From contig NZ_CP021983.2 in the NCBI RefSeq assembly GCF_002075285.3, positions 5,100,001 to 5,132,000 on the forward strand: DNA of 32,000 bases, in the 5' to 3' direction. The position numbers and the translations under genes are program-made. Below, one piece after another: positions 25,311-32,000 of this stretch (its first letter is position 1; every line of letters begins with the position of its first letter). The notes under the pieces were generated by a model, which was not told where the DNA came from, did not search any database, and was given only the letters and a program-made list of their open reading frames with translations. This DNA comes from Halomicronema hongdechloris C2206 (GTDB lineage Bacteria > Cyanobacteriota > Cyanobacteriia > Phormidesmidales > Phormidesmidaceae).

Positions 25311-25781
25311 ATGATACGCATCCCTTTGTCTCGCTGGTCTTTACCTGGCCTACTGGCTACAGGAGTCATGCTTGCGGGCAGTGCTGCCCCTGCGGTTGCT
25401 CAAAGCTGTACCCCCTTGAGTGTGGTCGGTGGTGAGGGCGCCGAGGTGGAGAAAACTGTGTCACCGCCCAGCTTTCTAGTGACCGGCAATAATTGGAATA
25501 CGGATTTCTCTGTACCTAGCGATACTCGCTTTAGTCGCTTCATCGTCAACTTTGTTTCCCAAGATGGCACAGTATACGACGTCGATGTGAATCTCAAGTA
25601 CAGCAACGACAGTGTCGATACCCCCTACAGCGTGGACAGCCTCACAGTCATGGAAGCGGATCCTGTCGAGATTGGCGTCAATGCCCGAGTCGGGGAAACT
25701 CCTTACCAGGTAAACCTGCGGGTTGGGGGCATTGAGGCAGAAGGGAATACCTATCGGGCCTCTGTGTTGGGATGCCGCTAA
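25311..25781 (+). CDS. Secreted hypothetical protein (signal peptide; Cys near both mature termini)
   Basis: MIRIPLSRWSLPGLLATGVMLAGSAAPAVAQ is followed by SC...LGCR. GAGGA lies 6 nt upstream of ATG 25311. The track ORF starts at GTG 25266. Confidence 0.7.
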   Translation: MIRIPLSRWSLPGLLATGVMLAGSAAPAVAQSCTPLSVVGGEGAEVEKTVSPPSFLVTGNNWNTDFSVPSDTRFSRFIVNFVSQDGTVYDVDVNLKYSNDSVDTPYSVDSLTVMEADPVEIGVNARVGETPYQVNLRVGGIEAEGNTYRASVLGCR

Positions 25782-25968
25782 GCCTGAATCTGTTTTAGAG
25801 TGTTCTAGCTAAATACTCATCCAAGGGCTTGCTGAATAGGCCAGATAGGCTGAGTTCAATAGCCTGGATCAAGATATTTTTTAGATGGCATACTCTTGGG
25901 AATGGGGGAACCCGCCTAGGGAAGCTATCATGGGAAGAGATTGACATTTCTTAATAAAGATCTCCTGC

Positions 25969-27402
25969 ATGACGGCTTCTTTCTCCAGCAAAGATTCCCT
26001 AAAACGCTTTGTGGAAACGCGCCTGCTTCAGGGGCAACCCCTTACCCTGGAGCTGACGGCCATCCTGCTGGTCTACTTTGTGCAGGGTATCTTGGGGCTG
26101 GCTCGGTTGGCTGTCAGCTTCTTTCTCAAGGATGATCTGGGGCTGACACCGGCAGAAGTCGGGGTCATCACGGGAATTGCCAGCTTTCCTTGGACGATTA
26201 AGCCCCTGTTCGGCTTCATATCCGATGGGTTGCCCTTATTTCGCTATCGACGGCGGCCCTATTTGATTTTGTCTGGGCTGCTAGGAGCCCTGTCCTGGGT
26301 GGTCCTAGCCACGGTGGTGCAGGCAGCGTGGGCGGCAACTGCCGCTATTGCTCTTAGTTCCCTGTCTGTGGCCATCAGTGATGTAATCGTAGACTCCTTA
26401 GTGGTGGAGCGAGCCCGTCAGGAGTCTCAGAGCGATGCCGGTACCCTGCAATCCCTGGCTTGGGGCGCATCGGCCGTAGGTGGTATTATCACGGCCTACC
26501 TGGGGGGGCTATTGTTAGAGCAGGTCAGTACCCGGGCTGTGTTCGGCATTACGGCAACGTTTCCGTTGATTGTGTCGTTGGTAGCCTGGTTGGTTGCCGA
26601 GGACCCTGTATCAGAGCGCCCTAGCTGGCAAGCAATTTGGGGCCAGGTTAAACAATTGCGGCAGGCAGTGAGCCAGCGGGTGATCTGGATGCCAGCCTTG
26701 TTTCTATTCCTGTGGCAGGCTACGCCCACGGCAGATTCAGCCTTTTTCTTCTTCATTACCAATGACTTAGATTTCCAGCCGGAATTTCTAGGGCGAGTGC
26801 GTTTAGTGACCAGTCTGGCGGCTCTGCTTGGGATCTGGATTTTCCAGCGATTTCTACGGGCGGTGCCCTTCCGAACGATTTTTGCCTGGTCGACAGTGCT
26901 GTCGGCTGTCTTGGGATTGACGAGTTTGCTGTTGGTGACCCATGCCAACCGGGCCTTGGGTATCGATGATCAATGGTTTAGCCTGGGCGACAGTTTGATT
27001 TTGACGGTGATGGGGGAAATCTCCTTCATGCCCGTCCTGGTATTATCGGCGCGGCTCTGCCCGGCGGGGGTGGAGGCTACTCTGTTTGCGCTACTGATGT
27101 CGGTGGTCAACCTGGCTGGGCTGGTATCCCATGAGTTAGGGGCTCTGTTAACGCATCTGCTAGGAGTGACGGAGAGCAATTTTGATAATCTCTGGCTGCT
27201 GGTGTTGCTTACCAATCTAACGACCCTGCTGCCGCTGCCATTATTGTTCTTGCTACCGGCCACTTCATCTCAAGGGGATCAGCCAGGGCCGACGCCGATC
27301 CTAGAGCCAGGGTCTGTGACGCCGCTGGCCTTCGATCAGTCGGCCACCATTGAAACCCTAGCGGCGCAACCACCCCAGGTGGAATTGCAAGAAACTCGAT
27401 AG
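25969..27402 (+). CDS. Folate-biopterin transporter (BT1) family MFS protein
   Basis: A 477-aa protein with about 12 TM segments. The FPWTIKPLFGFISD motif is characteristic of BT1 family members. Confidence 0.85.
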   Translation: MTASFSSKDSLKRFVETRLLQGQPLTLELTAILLVYFVQGILGLARLAVSFFLKDDLGLTPAEVGVITGIASFPWTIKPLFGFISDGLPLFRYRRRPYLILSGLLGALSWVVLATVVQAAWAATAAIALSSLSVAISDVIVDSLVVERARQESQSDAGTLQSLAWGASAVGGIITAYLGGLLLEQVSTRAVFGITATFPLIVSLVAWLVAEDPVSERPSWQAIWGQVKQLRQAVSQRVIWMPALFLFLWQATPTADSAFFFFITNDLDFQPEFLGRVRLVTSLAALLGIWIFQRFLRAVPFRTIFAWSTVLSAVLGLTSLLLVTHANRALGIDDQWFSLGDSLILTVMGEISFMPVLVLSARLCPAGVEATLFALLMSVVNLAGLVSHELGALLTHLLGVTESNFDNLWLLVLLTNLTTLLPLPLLFLLPATSSQGDQPGPTPILEPGSVTPLAFDQSATIETLAAQPPQVELQETR

Positions 27403-27444
27403 ATCTAGCTAATTCATAGATTGCTCACCTTATCTCGCTAACCC

Positions 27445-28938
27445 ATGCAAACTCTCGAGCCCAACCAGTTAGCTCAGCAGTCGTCTTTCTCGAAGGAAGA
27501 TTGGCTGAGGGGCTATCGCTCCCAGCCCCAGGAATTTGCCTACTGGATCGATCAGGTTGAAGGACAAATTCCTCTGGAGCTGGAAGGCACTCTGTTTCGT
27601 AATGGCCCCGGCTTGTTGGATATCCATGGCTATCCGGTGCGCCATCCCTTCGATGGGGATGGTATGGTCAACAGTATTGCCTTCAGCCAAGGGCGAGCCT
27701 TCTATCGCAATCGCTTCGTGCGTACCGGGGGCTATGTGGCAGAGCAACAGGCGGGTAAACCTCTCTACCGCGGTGTCTTTGGCACTCAAAAGCCAGGTGG
27801 AGTCTTGGCCAATGCCTTGGACTTGCGGCTGAAGAATATTGCCAATACCCATGTGATCTACTGGGGCGATAAGTTGCTGGCCCTTTGGGAGGCTGCGGCT
27901 CCCCATCGCCTCGATCCTTATACTCTGGAGACCCTGGGCCTAGACCATTTAGATGGGACTTTGGCCGAGGGGGATGCCTTTGCCGCTCATCCCCGGTTTG
28001 ATCCAGGGGATAGCAGCCAGGGACAACCGCCTCGATTGGTTAACTTCGCCATCAAGCCGGGCCTGTCGACGACTATTACCCTGTACGAGTTTGATTTACA
28101 CGGTAACTTGGTGCAGCGGCAGGCTCACTCCGTGCCAGGTTTCGCCTTTATCCATGATTTCGCCATTACTCCCCACTATGCCCTGTTGTTCCAGGCCCCT
28201 GTGGCCTACAATCCATTGCCCTATCTCTTGGGGCTGAAGGGGGCGGCAGAGTGCATCACTTTTAAGCCGGAGGAGCCCACTAAGATTTGGGTGATTCCTC
28301 GCCATGGAGGAGCGGTGCAAACCCTGGAGACGGCTCCCTGTTTTGTGTTTCACCATGGCAATGCCTTTGAGCAAGAGGGGCAGATTGTGGTGGATTCGAT
28401 CTGCTATCGCGATTTTCCTAGCCTGGAGCAGGAAGATTATCGCACGGTTGATTTTGAGGCGGTGCCGGAAGGGCAGCTGTGGCGCTTTACCCTGAATTTG
28501 GACCACAATATGGTCACTCGGGAGCCGCTGATTGAGCGCTGTTGTGAGTTTCCTTGTTTGCATCCGCAACGGCAGGGACGGCCCTATCGCTATCTCTATT
28601 TGGGGGCGGCCCATGCGCCTCGCGGCAATGCGCCGCTGCAGGCGCTGCTGAAGCAAGATCTGGTCAGTGGCGAGGAGCAGGTTTGGAGTGCAGCTCCCCA
28701 GGGGTTCTCGGGAGAACCGGTGTTTGTGCCTAAGCCCCAGGGCCAGGCTGAAGATGACGGTTGGTTGCTGTTGCTGCTTTATAATGCGGCCCGGCGCTGT
28801 TCTGACCTGGCGATTTTTGAGGCTGGGGATATTCAACAGGGCCCGTTGGCGCGGCTGTTGCTTGCCCATCATGTGCCCTATGGACTGCATGGCAGCTTTA
28901 CGGAATGCTATTTCGGGCCGACTGAGGCGGGACGTTAG
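27445..28938 (+). CDS. Carotenoid oxygenase family protein (apocarotenoid oxygenase-like)
   Basis: The four-His iron-ligand pattern of the RPE65/CCO family is present (AHPRFDP, IHDFAITPHY, FHHGNAFE, HVPYGLHGSF). The length is 497 aa. Confidence 0.9.
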   Translation: MQTLEPNQLAQQSSFSKEDWLRGYRSQPQEFAYWIDQVEGQIPLELEGTLFRNGPGLLDIHGYPVRHPFDGDGMVNSIAFSQGRAFYRNRFVRTGGYVAEQQAGKPLYRGVFGTQKPGGVLANALDLRLKNIANTHVIYWGDKLLALWEAAAPHRLDPYTLETLGLDHLDGTLAEGDAFAAHPRFDPGDSSQGQPPRLVNFAIKPGLSTTITLYEFDLHGNLVQRQAHSVPGFAFIHDFAITPHYALLFQAPVAYNPLPYLLGLKGAAECITFKPEEPTKIWVIPRHGGAVQTLETAPCFVFHHGNAFEQEGQIVVDSICYRDFPSLEQEDYRTVDFEAVPEGQLWRFTLNLDHNMVTREPLIERCCEFPCLHPQRQGRPYRYLYLGAAHAPRGNAPLQALLKQDLVSGEEQVWSAAPQGFSGEPVFVPKPQGQAEDDGWLLLLLYNAARRCSDLAIFEAGDIQQGPLARLLLAHHVPYGLHGSFTECYFGPTEAGR

Positions 28939-30653
28939 CGATCGCGAATGCTGCGGTAGCGATCGCGGCGAATACTTTTGATCACGGCGCGGATGGTTTG
29001 GGGCGGATCTCCTAGGGTGTTGAGTAGATGGGCCCCCAGTTCGAGGGCGGCTTCGAATTCAGGCTGCACCACTTCCCGGGCCCCCATCTGGGTGAGCAGA
29101 TCGATCTCTTGGCTGGTGTGGGAGCGGGCGATGATATCTAGATGAGGGGCGCGGGCTAGGGCCTGCTGCAGCAACAGACGGGTGCTGGTGGGATCGGGCA
29201 GGGCAATGGCTAGGGCTTTGGCGGTTTCCAGGTGGGTTTTCTCGAGAATCTGTTCGGCATCGGCGTCGCCAAAGACGAAGGGAATGCCGTGCGATCGCAA
29301 CCGCTGCACCGCCGCCTCGCTATTTTCGATCACCAATACTGGATAGCCCTGGCTCACCAAGATATTGACAATGACCTGCCCGACTCGGCCATAGCCAGCC
29401 ACGATCACATGATCCTTAATCCCCTGCGGCACCGACAACAGAGCAGGGTCCTCCGTCCGTTTTAGATACCGCTGTATCCACGGCAGCCGGGCCAGGCGCT
29501 GACTCAGATTAGGCCCTTGTTGAATGCCGAATGGCGTCAGCACCAGAGTAACGGCAGTGGTGCCTAGCAGCAGGGCATAGCGCCGTTCATCGATCAGGTC
29601 CATGTCGTAGCCCACCAGGGACAGCACAAAGGAAAATTCTCCGATCTGATTCAGCCCCACTGCTGTTAATACCGCTGTCTTCAGCGAAAACTTAAACTGC
29701 AACACCACTGGCAAAATAATCATCGCTTTACCCACCATGACCAGGGTGACAAACCCCAAAATCGGCCCCAGATTCTGGAGGACCAGCTCCGGATTGATCA
29801 ACATGCCGATGGAGGCAAAAAACAGAGAGGCAAAGGTATCTCGAATCGGCACCACCTTGCCTAGGGCGTGGTCGGCATAGTCGATTTCAGAAATCATCAG
29901 CCCGGCCACAAAGGCTCCCATTTCAATGGACAGCCCTAACCTGGAGGTGATCCAGGCGATGCTAAGACACAGGCCGACGATGGCCAAGAGAAACAGCTCG
30001 TTGCTCTCGGTGGCCGCCACCGCCTGGATCAGCCGCGGCACTACCCAGCGCCCCAAAGCTAGAGCCCCGATCAAAAACAGCGTGATCTTGAGCAGCGCCA
30101 GCCCTAGGGTTACCCCCAGGGGATTCTCCGGATCGAGGGCGGGCAAAACCGCCAACATCAAGCCCAGGGCCAGATCCTGAGCAATTAAAATGGCCAACAT
30201 CACCTGACCATGAACAGTGTTGGTCTCCCCTCGTTCACTCAGGGTTTTCAAGACCACGGCGGTTGACGACAGGGACAGCACTAGCCCCAAGAAAATGCCC
30301 TGGGTCAACGTGGCAGCCCAGCCTACCGCCACGGTAATGCTGCTGACCAGGGCAATGGTCAGGCCAATTTGCCAGAGGCTGCCCTGGACCACAATTTTGC
30401 GCATTCGCTTTAACTCGGCCAGGGAAAATTCTACCCCCAGGGCAAACAGCAAAAAGGCGACCCCTAGTTCTGCTAGGGCCCGAATCTGCTCGGCGTCGCT
30501 GAGTAAGCCAAAGCCGAAAGGACCAATCAGCAAGCCTGTGGCTAGATAACCCAGCAAGATAGGTTGCTTTAAGCGGTTGGCGATATACCCTCCCACGGCC
30601 GAACAGCCCAGGGCCAGGGTTAGATCCAGAATGAAATTATTGTCGGCGGCCAT
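28935..30653 (-). CDS. Monovalent cation:proton antiporter-2 (CPA2, KefB/KefC-like) with C-terminal RCK/TrkA-N domain
   Basis: A polytopic N-terminal Na+/H+ exchanger-type domain is followed by the Rossmann motif HVIVAGYGRVGQ. Confidence 0.9.
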   Translation of the reverse strand: MAADNNFILDLTLALGCSAVGGYIANRLKQPILLGYLATGLLIGPFGFGLLSDAEQIRALAELGVAFLLFALGVEFSLAELKRMRKIVVQGSLWQIGLTIALVSSITVAVGWAATLTQGIFLGLVLSLSSTAVVLKTLSERGETNTVHGQVMLAILIAQDLALGLMLAVLPALDPENPLGVTLGLALLKITLFLIGALALGRWVVPRLIQAVAATESNELFLLAIVGLCLSIAWITSRLGLSIEMGAFVAGLMISEIDYADHALGKVVPIRDTFASLFFASIGMLINPELVLQNLGPILGFVTLVMVGKAMIILPVVLQFKFSLKTAVLTAVGLNQIGEFSFVLSLVGYDMDLIDERRYALLLGTTAVTLVLTPFGIQQGPNLSQRLARLPWIQRYLKRTEDPALLSVPQGIKDHVIVAGYGRVGQVIVNILVSQGYPVLVIENSEAAVQRLRSHGIPFVFGDADAEQILEKTHLETAKALAIALPDPTSTRLLLQQALARAPHLDIIARSHTSQEIDLLTQMGAREVVQPEFEAALELGAHLLNTLGDPPQTIRAVIKSIRRDRYRSIRDR

Positions 30654-30774
30654 GGCTGGAGTCAGCGACGGGGTAAAAACTTGGCAAGAGAGGAACTAGT
30701 CGGCTGGCTGGCGCCGAGGCGGTGGGAAGGTCTGCCCGCGACCAGGTTGTGGCAGGTAAGGAGGCGGAGGGTAA

Positions 30775-32000
30775 CTATTTCAACTCTCCAAAGGTCTCAA
30801 TTGTATCCAAAGATGTCAGGGTTGATGGCACCAGACGAGCCAATGTCGTGGCTCGACCCGCCATAAATAGGGTAAAGGCCAGCCAGAGCAGATGGGGACT
30901 GTCTAAGTGCTGAGCCAGGAGGGCTGAGGGTAAAAATCCTACGGCTGCCGCCAGGAGGCTGGAGTTCCTCAGGGCTTTGCCAGCGGTGAGCCCGAGGAAA
31001 TAGCCATCCAGGAGATATGCGATCGCACCCAGGCCTAAACTCGGCAACAACCACCAGACATAGTGTCCCACCCGAGCCACCACATCGCCGTGACCGGTAA
31101 GCAGACCAAACAAGGGGATCGGCCAAAGGGAAAATCCCAGGGCGATGCCGATGCCGATGGCGACACTCAGGGTCCCCCCTAACCCCAGCAACCATCTCAA
31201 GTGCTGGCGCTCACCGCTGCCATGGAATTGCCCCGCTAAGCTCTCGGTGGCAAAGGCAATGCCATCGACGAAATAGGCCGTCAGGCTAATCACCTGCAGT
31301 AGCAGAGTATTGGCGGTCAGCACTGGCGTTCCCAGCCTGGCACTGAATTGGGTAAACAGGGCAAAACTGGCCACCAGGGCCAGGGTACGAATCAAAATAT
31401 CCCGGTTCAACTGCAGTAAGCCCCGCAAGGCAGTATAGTCTCGCAACTGCGGCAGCAGCCGACTCAGGCGGCCCCAACCCCCGTCCCTCAATACCCAGTT
31501 CAGTCCCACCAGCAATACTGCATATTGACTCAGGGCCGTAGCCGCCCCCGCCCCGGCACTAGCCCAACCCCACTGGCGAATGAACAAGTAATCTAAGCCG
31601 ATGTTGGCTCCATTGCCTAAGGCCGAAAGAAGTATCAGCCGCCGTCCCTGGCCCTGCCCCAGAAACCAGCCCAGCAGCACCAGATTGAGTAGTACCGCCG
31701 GCGCTCCCCAAATGCGGGTGTTATAAAAGGCCGCTCCCGCTACCTGCACCGCTGCTTCAGCTGGGAGTAGGGCAAAGCCGACGGTGCGAATCGGCCCCTG
31801 CAGTAGCAGGATTAGTAAGCCCAAGCCTAAGGCCAGGCTGCCATTGCGCAAGGCCACCCGCCAAACCTCGTCGTCCTCACCACGCCCTCGGGCCTGGGCC
31901 GTTAGCCCCGTGGTGCCCATGCGTAGAAAGCCCAGGCTGTGATACAGCACATTGAAAATTACCGTGGCCAACGCCACCCCGGCCAGATGCCGAATGTCGT
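30775..32000 (-). CDS. MATE family efflux transporter (DinF-like); the N-terminal end runs off the right edge of the window
   Basis: The protein is polytopic with FLRMGTTGLTAQARG typical of MATE/DinF. The reading frame stays open upstream of the track's GTG (31977) to position 32000 (...IRHLAGVALATV...), so the true start lies outside the window. Confidence 0.85.
   Translation of the reverse strand, partial: DIRHLAGVALATVIFNVLYHSLGFLRMGTTGLTAQARGRGEDDEVWRVALRNGSLALGLGLLILLLQGPIRTVGFALLPAEAAVQVAGAAFYNTRIWGAPAVLLNLVLLGWFLGQGQGRRLILLSALGNGANIGLDYLFIRQWGWASAGAGAATALSQYAVLLVGLNWVLRDGGWGRLSRLLPQLRDYTALRGLLQLNRDILIRTLALVASFALFTQFSARLGTPVLTANTLLLQVISLTAYFVDGIAFATESLAGQFHGSGERQHLRWLLGLGGTLSVAIGIGIALGFSLWPIPLFGLLTGHGDVVARVGHYVWWLLPSLGLGAIAYLLDGYFLGLTAGKALRNSSLLAAAVGFLPSALLAQHLDSPHLLWLAFTLFMAGRATTLARLVPSTLTSLDTIETFGELK

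Noticed and set aside
25782-25968. A THF or other riboswitch in the leader of the folate-biopterin transporter gene
   Set aside because: I could not recognise any conserved riboswitch core or a convincing terminator/antiterminator pair. Only weak hairpins are present. An Rfam scan would be needed to say more.
1-32000. A defence island, prophage, integrative element or other novel multi-gene system
   Set aside because: No integrase, transposase, recombinase, phage structural, restriction-modification, Cas, reverse-transcriptase or nuclease-NTPase gene is recognisable. Nearly every long ORF has a conventional housekeeping assignment. The only accessory-like DNA consists of short remnants and miniature repeats.

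Overview
This is a cyanobacterial chromosomal segment. The evidence is 19 copies of the HIP1 palindrome GCGATCGC and typical cyanobacterial gene content. It spans the replication-origin neighbourhood, with dnaA and dnaN adjacent and a dense DnaA-box cluster between them. Most of the window is ordinary core genome. Left to right it holds an AI-2E permease (partial), a Met/Gln-rich zinc-ribbon protein, the aa3-type cytochrome c oxidase operon ctaCDE, a YciI-like protein, rsmA, ispE and a DUF3082-like membrane protein. These are followed by a GT25-like protein, a coiled-coil protein with a 96-bp tandem repeat, a PRC-barrel protein, two TPR proteins and a protein with an acidic disordered tail. 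Next come two tandem histidine-phosphatase paralogs, def, an HtrA-type protease, dnaA, oriC and dnaN. The window ends with a truncated GAF/GGDEF/EAL protein, a secreted protein, a folate-biopterin transporter, a carotenoid oxygenase, a CPA2 antiporter and a MATE exporter (partial). I found no rRNA, tRNA, CRISPR array, transposase, integrase, prophage or recognisable defence genes, and I cannot support a claim of a new multi-gene system here. The observations most worth a second look are small-scale. They are an orphan intrinsic terminator (candidate sRNA or attenuator) with phased direct repeats in a divergent intergenic region, and a ~111-bp MITE-like element in two inverted copies bracketing ctaCDE-rsmA. 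There is also an enzyme/pseudoenzyme phosphatase pair. Three gene remnants are present: an FeS-type photolyase C-terminus beside a palindromic element, a decayed PIN toxin beside an intact antitoxin-like gene, and a doubly truncated GAF-GGDEF-EAL gene abutting dnaN. Two in-frame coding tandem repeats complete the list. All functional calls rest on motif recognition by eye, since no database search was possible.
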